A stretch of DNA of 64,000 bases from contig JASTWF010000033.1 of the NCBI GenBank assembly GCA_030390025.1, positions 6,512,001-6,576,000 of the forward strand. Reading direction: 5' to 3'. A model generated the notes under the pieces. That model ran no database searches. It saw only the letters and a program-made list of their open reading frames with translations, and had not been told where the DNA came from. The position numbers were made by a program, and so were the translations under genes. The stretch comes from Squalus acanthias (taxonomy: Eukaryota). Each line of letters begins with the position of its first letter. The stretch's first letter is position 1. Shown here one piece after another: positions 1 through 11,699 of the stretch.

Positions 1-3000
1 TCCTGTCTTTTTAAAAATCGGTGTGACTGGTTCTGTATCTATAATATGCCTGTGTGACTGGTTCTGTCCCTTTAGAAAGCCTGTGTGACTGGTTCTGTCG
101 TTTTGAAAAGACTGTGTGACTGGTCCTGTCTCATTAAAAGCCCATTGTTGCTGTTCCTGTCTCTTTGAAAAGCATGTGTGACTGGTCCTGTTTCTTTAAA
201 AGACCTGTGTGACTGTGCCTGTCTCTTTAAAATGCCTGAGTTTCTGGGCCTGTTTCTTTAAAAAACCTGTGTAACTGGGCCTGTCTCTTTAAAACGCCTG
301 TGTGACTGGGCCTGTCTCTTTAGAAAGCCTGTGTGACTGGTCCTATCTCTTTAAAAAACCCTATGTGACTGGTACTGTCTCTTTAATAAACCCTGTGTGA
401 CTGTTCCTGACTCTTTAAAAAACCCCGTGTGACTGGTACTTTCTCTTTAAAAATTTATGTGACTGGTTAGGTCTCTTTAAAATGCCTGTGTGATTAGTCC
501 TGCCTTTTTAAAACCCTGTATGACTGGATCTGTCGCTTTACAAACCTGTGTGACGTGTCCTGTCTCTTTACAAACTATGTGTGACTGGTCCCGACTCTTT
601 AAAAACGTGTGTGACAGGTTCTGTATCCTTAAAAATCTGTTTGACTGGTTCTGTCTCTTTAAAAAGTCTGTGTGACTGGTTCTGTCTGTATAAAAAGCCA
701 ATGTGACTGCTCCTGACTCTTTAAAAGCCTGTGTGACTGGTTCGGACTCTTTAAACAGACTTTGTGTCTGGACATGTCTCTTTAAAAAGTTTGTGTGACT
801 GTTCCTATCTCTTTGAAAAGCCTGTGTGACTGGTCCTGACTCTTTATCAACCCTGTGTGATTGGTCCTGTCTCTTCAAAAGGGCTGTGTGACTGTTCCTG
901 TCTCTTTAAAAAGCCTGTGTGACTGGGCCTGTCTCTTTAAAAAGCCTGTTAAACTGGTCCTGACACTTTAAAAAGCCTGAGTGACTTGTGCTGTCTCTTT
1001 GAAAAGCCTGTGTGACTGATCCTGACTTTTTAAAAAGCAATTGTGGCAGGTACTATCTTTTAAATAGAAGGCATGACCGATGGACTCTTAAAAAAGACTG
1101 TGTGACTGGTTGTTTTTCTTTAAAAAGCCGGTGTGACTGGTCCCGACTCTTTAAAAACCAGTGTGACTGGTCCTGTCTTTTTAAAAATCGGTGTGACTGG
1201 TTCTGTATCTATGAAATGCCTGTGTGACTGGTTCTGTCCCTTTAAAAAGCCTGTGTGACTGGTTCTGTCGTTTTGAAAAGACTGTGTGACTGGTCCTGTC
1301 TCATTAAAAGCCCATTGTTGCTGTTCCTGTCTCTTTGAAAAGCCTGTGTGACTGGTCCTGTTTCTTTAAAAGACCTGTGTGACTGTGCCTGTCTCTTTAA
1401 AAAGCCTGAGTTTCTGGGCCTGTTTCTTTAAAAAACCTGTGTCACTGGGCCTGTCTCTTTAAAACGCCTGTGTGACTGGGCCTGTCTCTTTAGAAAGACT
1501 GTGTGACTGGTCCTATCTCTTTAAAAAACCCTATGTGACTGGTACTGTCTCTTTAAAAAACCCTGTGTGACTGTTCCTGACTCTTTAAAAAAAAACCGTG
1601 TGACTGGTACTTTCTCTTTAAAAATCTATGTGACTGGTTAGGTCTCTTTAAAATGCCTGTGTGATTAGTCCTGCCTCTTTAAAACCCTGTATGACTGGTT
1701 CTGTCGCTTTACAAACCTGTGTGACGTGTCCTGTCTCTTTACAAACTATGTGTGACTGGTCCCGACTCTTTAAAAACGTGTGGGACAGGTTCTGTATCCT
1801 TAAAAATCTGTTTGACTGGTTCTGTCTCTTTAAAAAGTCTGTGTGACTGGTTCTGTCTGTATAAAAAGTCAATGTGACTGCTCCTGACTCTTTAAAAGCC
1901 TGTGTGACTGGTTCGGCCTCTTTATCAACCCTGTGTGATTGGTCCTGTCTCTTTATAAACCCTGTGTGATTGGTCCTGTCTCTTCAAAAGGGCTGTGTGA
2001 CTGTTCCTGTCTCTTTAAAAAGCCTGTGTGACTGGGCCTGTCTCTTTAAAAAGCCTGTGAAACTGGTCCTGACACTTTAAAAAGCCTGAGTGACTTGTGC
2101 TGTCTCTTTAAAAAGCCTGTGTGGCTGATCCTGTCTCTTTAAAAAGTATGTGTGAATAGTCCTGTCTCTTTAAAAAGCCTGTGTGACTGGGCCTGTCTCT
2201 TTAAAAAGCCAGTGTGACTGGTCCTGACAATTTAAAAAGCCTGTGTGTCTGGTTCTGTCTCTTTAGAAAGCCTGTGTATCTAGTTCTGTCTCATTAAAAA
2301 GCCTGTGTAACATTTCCTGTCTCTTTAACTAGCCTGTTTATCTGGTCCTGTCTGTGCGCCTGCTCCTTTGTGTTTAATAACCCCAGTGACTGATCCCGAC
2401 TCTATAAAATGCAAATGTGACGGGTTCTGTCTCTATAAAAAGCCTGTGTGATTGTTCCTGTACCTTTAAAAGGCTGTGTGACTGGTCCTGTCTCTTCAAA
2501 AAGTCTTTGTGACTGGTCCTGTCCCTTTAAAAGCCTGTGGTTTGTCCTGTCCCTTTAAAAGCCTGTGTGACTGGTCCTGTCTCTTCAAAAAGCTGTGTGA
2601 ATGGTCCTGTCCATTTAAAAGCCTGTGTGACTGGGCCTGTCCCTTTACAAGACTTTGTGACTGGTCCTGTCTCATCAATACGGCTGTGTGACTGGTCCTG
2701 TCCCTTTGAAAGCTTGTGTGACTGGGCCTGTCCCTTTAAAAGACTGTGTGACTGGTCCTGTCCCATCAAAACGGCTGTGTGACTGGTTCTGTCTCTTTAA
2801 AAGCCTGTGTGACTGGTCCTGTTTCTATCAAATCTTGCGTGACTAGTCCTGTCTCTAGAAATAGCATTTGCGACTAGATCTGACACTTTAAAAAGCTTGT
2901 TTGACAAGTCCTTTCTCTTTTAAAAAGATTGTGTGACTGGCCCTGTCTCTTTAAAAAGCCTGTAAAACAGACCCTGACATTTTAAAAAGCCATTGTGACT

Positions 3001-5853
3001 GGTAATATCTCTTTAAAATGTCGACATGACTGCTGGACTCTTAAAAAAGATGTGTGACTGGTCGTGTCCCTTAAAAAAGCCTGTGTGACTGATCCTGTCT
3101 CTTTAAAAAAGAATGTGTGACTGTTCCTGTCTCTTTAAAAAGCCTGTATGACTGGTCCTGTCTCTTGAAAACGCCTGTGTGACGGGTGCTGTCTCTTTAA
3201 AAAGCATGTGTGCCTGGCCCTGTTACTTTCGAAAGCCAATGTGGTTCGTCCTGTCTCTTTAAAAAGCCTGTGTGCCTGCTCCTGTCTCTCTAAAACACTT
3301 GTGTGAATAGTCCTGTCACTTTAGAAAGCCTGTGTGACTGGTCCTTTATCTTTAAAAATCTATGTGACTGGTTAGGTCTCTTTAGAATGCCTGTGTGATT
3401 AGTCCTGACTCTTTAAAAACCTTTATGACTGGTTCCGTCGCTTAAAAAACCCTGTGTGACGTGTCCTGTCTCTTTAAAAATCTGTGTGACTGCTCCTGTC
3501 TCTTTAAAACTCTATGTGACTGGTTCTGTATCCTTTCAAATTTGTGTGACTGGTTCTGACTCTTTAAAATGCCTGTGTGACTGGTCCTGTCTCTTTGAAA
3601 TGCCTGTGTGACTGGTTCTGTCTCTTTAAAAAGCCTGTGTGACTGGTCCTCACTCTTTTAAGCAGGCTCTGTGATTGCTCTTGTCTCTTTAAAAGTCTGT
3701 GTGACTGGTTCTGTATCCTTAAAAATCTGTGTGACTAGCTCTGTCTCTTTAAAATGCCTGTGTGACTGGTCCTGACACTTTAAAAAGTCTGTGTGACTGG
3801 ACCTGTCTCTTTAAAAAGTTTGTGCGTCTGTTCCTATCTCTTTGAAAAGCCTGTGTGACTGATCCTGACTCTTTATAAACACTGTGTGATTGGTCCTGTC
3901 TCTACAAAAGGGCTGTGTGACTGGTCCTGTCTCTTTAAAAAGCCTGTGTGACTGGGCCTGTCTCTTTAAAAAGCTAGTGTGACTGCTCCTGACAATTTAA
4001 AAAGCCTGTGTGACTGGGCCTGTCTCTTTAAAAAGCCTGTGTGACTGGTCCTGACTCTTTAAAAAGCCTGAGTGACTTGTTCTGTCTCTTTGAAAAGCCT
4101 GTGTGACTGATCCTGTCTCTTTAAACTGTATGTGTGAATAGTCCTGTCTCTTTAAAAAGCCTGTGTGACTGGGCCTGTCTCTTTAAAAAGCAAGTGTGAC
4201 TTGTCCTGACAATTTAAAAATCCTGTGTGTCTGGTTCTGTCTCTTTAAAAAGCCTGTGTGTCTAGTTCTGCCTCTTTAAAAAGCCTGTGTAACATTTCCT
4301 GTCTTTTTAACTAGTCTGTTTATCTGGTCTTAGCTGTGCGCCTGCTCCTTTGTGTTGAATAAGCCCGTGTGACTGATCCCGACTCTTTAAAATGCAATTG
4401 TGACGGGTTCTGTCTCTATAAAAAGCCTGTGTGATTGATCCTGTACCTTTAAAAGCCTGTGTGACTGGTCCTGTCTCTTCAAAATGTCTGTGTGACTGGT
4501 CATGTCCCTTTAAAAGCCTGTGGCTGGTCCTGTCGCTTTAAAAGCCTGTGTGACTGGTCCTGTCTCTTCAAAAATCTGTGTGAATGGTCCTGTCCCTTTA
4601 AAAGCCTGTGTGACGGGGCCTGTCCCTTTAAAAGACTGTGTGACTGGTCCTGTCTCATCAAAACGGCTGTGTGACTGGTCCTGTCCCTTTGAAAGCTTGT
4701 GTGACTGGGCTTGACCCTTTAAAAGACTGTGTGACTGGTCCTGTCTTATCAAAACTGTTGTGTGACTGGTTCTGTCTCTATAAAAGCCTGTGTGACTGGT
4801 GCTGTTTCTTTCAAATCTTGTGTGACAGTTCCTGTCTCTAGAAATGACATTTGTGACTAGATCTGACTCTTTAAAAATCTTGTTTGACAAGTTCTTTCTC
4901 TTTAAAAAATGACTCTGCGACTGGCCCTGTCTCTTTAAAATGCCTGTAAAGCTGAACCTGACATTTTAAAAAGCAATAGTGACTGTTACTATCTCTCTAA
5001 AAAGTCGACATGACTGATGGACTCTTAAAAAAGACTGTGTGACTGGTCGTGACCCTTAACCAAGCCTGTGTGACTGATCCTGTCTCTTTAAAAGAGATGG
5101 TGTGACTGGTCCTGTCTCTTTAAAAAGCCTGTATGACTGTTCCCGTCTCTTTAAAACGCCTGCGTGACGTGTGCTGTCTCTTTAAAAAGCATGTGTGCCT
5201 GGCCCTGTTACTTTAGAAAGCCAATGTGATTCGTCCTATCTCTTTAAAAAGTCTGTGTGTATGACATGTCTCTTTAAAAAGCCTGTGTGAATGGTCCTGT
5301 CTCTTTTAAAAAGCCTGTGTGACTGCTCTTGTCTCTTTAAAAAGCCTGTGCGACTGGTCCTGACACTTTAAAAAGCCTGTTTGACTGGTCCTGACCCTTT
5401 CAAAAGCCTGTGTGACTGGTTCTGTCTCTTTGACAAGCCGGTGTACTGTTCCTGTCTCTTTAAAAAGTCTGTGTGACTGGTCCTTAATCGTTTATAAACC
5501 CCGTGTGAATTGTTCTATCTGCTTAGAAAGCCTGTGTGACTGTTCTATCCCTTGAAAATGCCTGTGTGGCTGGTCCTGTCTCTTTAAAAAGTATGTGTGA
5601 CTGGTTCTTTCTCTTTAAAAAGGCCTGTGTGTCTTTTCCTGTCTCTTTAAAAAACCTGGGTGACTGGTTCTGTCTCTTTAAAAAGCCTGTGTGACTGGTA
5701 CTGTAATTTTAAAAAACCTGTGTGATTAGTCCTGACTCTTTAAAAAGTCTGCATGACTGGTCCTGTCTCTTTAAACACCCTGTTTGATTGGTCCTGACTC
5801 GTTACAAAACCTGTGTGACTGGTTCTGTCTCTTTAAAAAGCCTGTGTGACTGT
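1..5853. repeat. Satellite, ~31-bp unit (30-bp variant), consensus GCCTGTGTGACTGGTCCTGTCTCTTTAAAAA, with higher-order duplications
   Basis: Unit visible throughout. Diagnostic variants recur at 141/1311 (1170 bp apart) and 2352/4334 (1982 bp apart). Confidence 0.97.
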
Positions 5854-6334
5854 TTGTGTAAAAGTGTGTGTTAAAAGAGTGAATGTTTACCTGACTGTGA
5901 ATGTTTAAGAAGTAATAGTAATTCTTTTGTCTGGAAGTCTGTCTTTAAAAGGAGTCTGTCATTTTTGTTTTAGCTCCACCCACTCTTTTGTAAAGGGAGC
6001 TAAAAGCTGTTTAACCCTTTGAACACTTGTCTTGAAGGATGGACCAGCGTGTGTTGTTTTATGTTTGTTAATTGTTTTACAAAAGATAAGCTTCAGCCTT
6101 GAAGTCACAGTTGCCAATGTGCCTGGAAGGAAATGAGTTTGAATGTTTACAAGGCTTGGGTAATTGTCTCTTTGTTAATGTGGCTATGGTTTCTTTCTTT
6201 TCCAAGTGATACTGGTTGGATTAAAAAAAAATCTGGATTGAATTGGAGTTATTGAGGTTAATTAACCTATTAAAACCATACTTTCATTGTGGCCACGTTA
6301 AAAATCTGGTTGGTGTAAATTTGTGTAGACTGCA

Positions 6335-8040
6335 TTGAATGAGATATTTAATGGTCTGAAACCAGACTTTAAAATATTTACAGTCTTGGGTACAGAACGT
6401 GTTCTGGTCCATACCATTGGCAGAGGAATCACAAGGAAATTCGGCTTTACTGTCAGGGATAGACAGTATACATGGACCAGGGTCCCACAGGGGTTCCACA
6501 ATAGTCCAAATATACTCCACCGTGTACTCAGTCAAGCCTTAGACGAATTAGACCTATCAAAGTATCAGAGTGCCCTACTCCAATATGTCGATGACATAAT
6601 GATCGCATCAGAGGATGCCAAAGGACACATGGGGGTATTACTAGCCACCCTCCAGACACTTAAGAAAGCTGGCTTTAAATTGAACCCAAAAACGCACAGG
6701 TTAGACTGTCCAAAGTAAAGTATGTAGGACACGAAATTAGCCAGGGGTATAAGGCATTCTCGCAGGAACAAAATGCAGCCATAAATGACATGCCAAGGCC
6801 AGTGAACGTCCGGGAAGTGATGAAAGTGTTGGGACTATTTAACTACTGCAGGAATTATATATCAGACTTTGCAGGGAAAGCAGAGCCGATTCAACGGTTA
6901 GTTAAAGGTGGGAGACGGAGCAGGAGGAAGCATATAGGGCCCTTAAACAGGAATTAATAACAGGCCCAGCCCTAGGACTGCCAGACCATACCCGACCCTT
7001 CCACTTGTACTGTGACGATGACCAAGGGAGTTATTCAGCCGTGGTAATGCAAGATCACGGAGGGAAACAGAGACCCGTTGCGTATTACTCCACCAAGAGG
7101 GATCCAGTAACGAAGGCAATGCCACGATGTGTGGCTGCAATAGATTGTGCCACATGGGCGGTGCGAGTAAGCGAACCGATAGTGATGATGGGAAAGGTAA
7201 TTTTGCATACCCAACATATCTTTGTGGAACTACTTAACACAGGAAAGTTGGGAACCATATCGGATAGCAGAAAGGCTAAATGGGAAGCTATATTACTCCC
7301 CAGGGATGGTAATGTGATAATACAAAAACATACCGGGGTTAATCCAGCCACGGGCATATTAACGGAAGGGGAGGAACATAGCTGTCAGGTGGAAATGGAG
7401 GAGGAAATAGGCAGTGGAGTAAAGGAAGTCCCACTGGAAAACCCCGATATGGTGATTTATGCAGATGGATTCCGAAAATATATCAACGGAGAATCCAGAA
7501 CAGGTTGGGCTGTAGTAAATCAGGAGGGAAATACCTTATTGAAAGGAGCCCTATATGGAGATAAGTCAGTACAGGTAGCGGAGCTAGTGGCCCTAATAAA
7601 AGCATTGGAAAGGGGATTAATAAACGGGTAAATGTCTACACGGATAGCCGATATGCCTTTGGAGTGGTGCATGATTATATGACACTATAGGCCCGGAGGG
7701 GTTACATGACCTCCACTGGAGAGAGTAATAAAACATGGAAAACTAATAGAAAGATTAGTTAAGGCTGCACGGGCACCCTTAGAAACCGTGGTAATTAAAA
7801 TAAAGGCCCACACGAAGATAGACATGGACTCACAAGAACCCCAGGACCCGGCCCCCATAGGGAATAGGTATGCGGACTTAGCCGCAAAATTAGCTGCGCA
7901 AGGAATGCAATCAGAGACCGCGTTCAAAAACGAAATAAATATGGTCATGACGGTCAGTGGGGTACAGGAAGTGAATATAATGGAAGTACAAGAAAATACT
8001 AGTAAAGAGGGAAAGGAGAAATGGAAACACTGGAGACAGA
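6335..8040 (+). pseudogene. pol: pol fragment: RT, connection (degenerate RNase H) and retroviral-type RNase H; frameshifted, integrase missing
   Basis: QYTWTRVPQGFHNSP, LLQYVDD; RPVAYYS connection motif; VIYADG...QVAELVAL...VYTDSRYAFG...IKIKAH...GNRYADLAAK. Confidence 0.92.
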
Positions 8041-8217
8041 CCAAGCCGGTGATGGGGCCCGGGGAAGAGATTTCCCCATCTCTTGGGGACCCTATGATTA
8101 AAAGGAAATAATAACGAGAATTGACCTGCCTTTTCTCCGCTATATTTGATCAGGACCGGATTTCGAAGGACTAAGTCGATTCTTCGGGTCGCTATTTTAC
8201 CTTTCTCTTTCTTACAG

Positions 8218-8688
8218 ATGAGCGAGGCTGACCTCAGTTCTGCCACCACTTCAGGGGATGTCGACCTTTCGACGGTCCAGTTTTTCGACTTAATCAGGGA
8301 TCCTGCGAACTCTCATTACTATACGACTCTCACCTTCCCTGGGAATCACCCCTTGACTCTAGAGTTCCGATTATCTCCCTTTTGTGGTAGGACTACCGGA
8401 CCCCTCGCCCTACATCCCAACAGAACTCAGAATCTTTTATTCACCCTACCCCGCGCAGAGGAGACAGATCGGTACCAAGACACAGCTGCTCCTTGGGAAC
8501 CGCTGGTGTCGGGATGGGAGGAGCTTCCCCAGTGGATATCCACTCCCTTTTATAGGCCATCCTACCTCCGAAGGAGGACAGTGCAACCTGTCTTCACACA
8601 TTCCCGTCCGACGGCTCCTAACCCTCAACGAATTACGATAAGTCAGATAAGTTACATTGAGCCACTGTCACAAGGCCACCGCCTCTGA
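8218..8688 (+). CDS. Orphan ORF between pol and env, possible spliced accessory protein (~156 aa from the ATG)
   Basis: Polypyrimidine tract + CAG (TTTTACCTTTCTCTTTCTTACAG, ends 8217) immediately before the ATG. Open frame MSEADLSS...GHRL with no recognisable homology. Confidence 0.45.
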   Translation: MSEADLSSATTSGDVDLSTVQFFDLIRDPANSHYYTTLTFPGNHPLTLEFRLSPFCGRTTGPLALHPNRTQNLLFTLPRAEETDRYQDTAAPWEPLVSGWEELPQWISTPFYRPSYLRRRTVQPVFTHSRPTAPNPQRITISQISYIEPLSQGHRL

Positions 8689-8888
8689 CTCAACGCCACG
8701 TATGAAGTAGCCTTAACCCCGCTCCGAGCATTGCGTACACGGCTAATAGCAGGACAGACCGAAAGGGGGCCGGAAATAGACAGAGGGTCAGAGGGAGAGA
8801 GCGAAAGAGCCTGCTAGTTACCACAATCTAGTGCCGAGACTGTTAAACGAGCTGGGCTGTTTATGCCTAGTGGTGATATAGGATAACG

Positions 8889-9917
8889 ATGGAATGGCTT
8901 ATCATGGGAATGATGGGGTTACTGTTCGGCGAACAAACAACACCCACCACGGCGCTGGGGTCCTGCCTCGACCGACCTGGATCCCCCTTTTTTCTGTGAG
9001 ATGACCACTGGTCCACACAAACCACACCAGTAAAATCACAGGAAGAAAGGACAGGATATGCTGCCAGAAAAATGCGGAGCGTTGGGACCCCTTATGTACG
9101 CCTACCCTAAAGAGATGTCAAGCTTTCGGGATTACAGAACAATACGAGGAGCTACACCTTGTGATTGACTGCTACTGGGGTGCCCCCCCACCCCCCTTCC
9201 GCCCCCAGTGGTTTCCAGGACACCACCCTCCCCAGAGTGCGAGCCACTGACCTGCTAGTGGGCTGGTGTTCACCCGTACTGGGGATATATTGTATGATAA
9301 CGTGCGTCATGAATTATTGTCAGTGGTGCTGAACCTGGCCACACCGCCCTGCCTGCTTGGTGTTCACCGCAATCTCAACAGTTATACCAGCACCTTCTAA
9401 CACAGGTATTGAAACAAGGCACAGATCGTAGCGGAGGCAGATACAGACACAAAAGCCGGCGGGTATGGTGACGTAAGAGGTCTTTAGTCAATGATGCAGC
9501 GACGGTCTTTAACACCGGCACATCGGCCGTTAACATAATTGATCTGGCTACCATAGAACAGAAGGTCCGGGATCTGGGTTCCCGCATTAATGCCATCTTA
9601 CAAGAGCAGAATAAGAATGAGGGCCAAGTGTTAAAGGAGGACCAGATATTAACCGTATACCTCCAGGATATAGCTACTGTATTAGAAACACACGCACAGA
9701 CTATAAATAAGCTAACTAAAGAGGAATACAATACCTCACAGTAGGGAGCAGAAAACGACGTTTGCAGCACATATGGGAATTGGATAGTGGAGCAAACCCG
9801 AGAAAACCTGGAACAGATACAGGCGGGGGAGGTACCCCTGTGGATTACAAACCAACAGTTAAAAGGGACTCTGACTCGCGGACATGCTGTTTGTCAATTC
9901 CGAGCCATGATACGGGT
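8889..9917 (+). pseudogene. env: env-like fusion glycoprotein, 3'-truncated by a CR1 insertion
   Basis: Signal-like MEWLIMGMMGLLFG; furin-like RKR at 9472-9480 followed by SLVNDAATVFNTGTSAVNIIDL; NDVCSTYGNWIVEQTRENLEQIQAGEVPLWI matches the element B env. Confidence 0.8.
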
Positions 9918-10530
9918 ACAGGATTTGAGTACAGGAGCAAGGATGTCTTACTGCAGTTGTACAGGGCCTTGGTAAGATCACACCTTGAGTATTTTGTGCA
10001 GTTTTGGTCGCCTTATCTGAGGAAGGATGTTCTTGCCATGGAGGGAGTGCAACGAAGATTCACCAGGCTGATACCTGGGATGGCAGGAATGACGTATGAG
10101 GAGAGATTGGGACGATTGGGCTTATATTCGCTGGAGTTCAGAAGAATGATAGGAGATCTCATTGAAACTGGACTACACAGACTTGATGCAGGAAGGCTGT
10201 TCCCGATGATCGGGGAGACCAGAACCAGAGGTCACAGTCAAAGGATAAGGGGTAGGCCATTTAGGACAGAGATGAGGAGGAATTTCTTCACCCAGAGAGT
10301 GGTGAATCTGTGGAATTCTCTACCACAGAAGGCAGTTGAGGCCAATTCATTAAATATATTCAAGAAGGAGTTAGATATTTTTCTTAAGGCTAAAGGGTTC
10401 AAAGGGATATGGGGAGAAAGCAGGAACAGGGTACTGAATGTGGATGATCAACCATGATTGCATTGAATGGCGGAGCAGGCTCGAGGGGCCGAATGGCCCT
10501 ACTCCTGATCCTATCTTCTATGTTTCTATG
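9918..10530 (+). mobile_element. CR1 LINE 3' fragment
   Basis: LQLYRALVRSHLEYFVQFWSPYLRKD...RNFFTQRVVNLWNSLP; tail (TTCTATGT)n. Confidence 0.93.
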
Positions 10531-10549
10531 TCTATATTTCTTTGTTACA

Positions 10550-11670
10550 TAGCATGTGTACCTGGTCTTACCTCTTTAAAAAGCTTGTGTATCTAGTTCT
10601 GTCTCTATAAAAGCCTGTGTTACATTTTGTGTCTTTTTAAATTGCCAATGTGACTGATGCTGAAACTTAAAAAAGCCATTATGATAGGTCGTGTCTCTTT
10701 AAAGCGACTGTTTTTCTGTTCATATCTCTAAAATGCATGTGTAACTGGTCCTGTCGCTATAAAAGAACTTTATGACTGGTCCTGTCTCTTTAAAAAGCCC
10801 GTGTGTCTATATCTGTCTCTATAAAATGCCTGTGTTACTTTTCGTTTCTCTTTAAAAAGCCTGTGTGTCTGGTCCTTTCTTTTTTAAAAAGCTTGTGTGA
10901 CTGGCCCTGTTTCCGTAAAAAGCCTGTGTGGCTGTCCCTGTCTCTTTAAAATCATTGTCGGACTGCTCCTGCATCTTTTAATGCCTGTGTGACTGATTCT
11001 GACTCTTTAAAATCCATTTGAAACTGGTCTTGTCCCTTTAAAGCGCCTGTTTGTCTGTTCCTGTCTCTATAAACAGCCTTTGTGGTTGAACTTGACCTTA
11101 AAATAACCTGTGTGACTGCTCCGATCTCTTTAAAAAACTTGTTTGTCGTGTTCTGTCTCTTTAAAAAGCATAGGTGACTGGTCATATCTCTTTAAAACGC
11201 CTGTGTGATAGGACCTGTCTCATCAAATACCTATGTGTCTGGTCCTGTCTTATTAAAATGCTTGTGTGACTGATTCTGTCTCTGTAACCAGTCTTTGTGA
11301 CTGGTCCTGTCTCTTTAAAAATCCTGTGTGACTACTCCTGTCTCTTTAAAACGCCTGCGTGACTTATTCTGTCTCTTTGAAAAACCTTTATGACTTGTCC
11401 TGTCCCTTTAAAGCGACTGTGTGACTGGTTATGTCTCTTTAAACAGCCTGTTTGCTGTTCCTTTCTCTTAAAAAGGTCTGTGTGACTGGTCCTCTCTTTA
11501 AAATGCCGTTGTGACTAATTCTGTCTCTTTAAATCCATTTTCTGACTTGTCCTGTCCCTGCAAATCGCCTGTGTGACTGGTTCTGTCTCTTTAAATAGCC
11601 TGTTTGCTGGTCTTTTCTCTTAAAAAGGTCTGTGTGACTGGTCCTGTTTCTTTAAATTGCCCATGTGACA
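10550..11670. repeat. More diverged continuation of the 31-bp satellite
   Basis: Same TGTGTGACTGGTCCTGTCTCTTTAAA unit. Confidence 0.93.
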
Positions 11671-11699
11671 GCTGATATCTTCCTGAAGTCTACAGCTTG

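Larger units (their letters stand above)
5854..9917 (+). mobile_element. Defective endogenous retrovirus-like element A (lokiretrovirus-like): leader fragment, partial pol, orphan ORF, partial env; no LTRs seen
   Basis: Leader 5855-6330 resembles the leader of element B (37180-37600). RT, RNase H and env motifs are listed in separate features. Confidence 0.85.

Noticed and set aside
477..4890. Periodic ORFs in the 31/30-bp satellite; CRISPR-like regularity
   Set aside because: These are translations of tandem repeats. There are no unique spacers or cas genes, and the context is eukaryotic.
1..5853. TGTGTG/CACAG motifs as V(D)J recombination signals
   Set aside because: No CACAGTG heptamer with an ACAAAAACC nonamer at 12/23 spacing, and no V/J segments.
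9762..10457. 231-aa ORF as an env-LINE fusion gene
   Set aside because: The 5' part is out of frame with env; this is a chance open frame across the CR1 junction.
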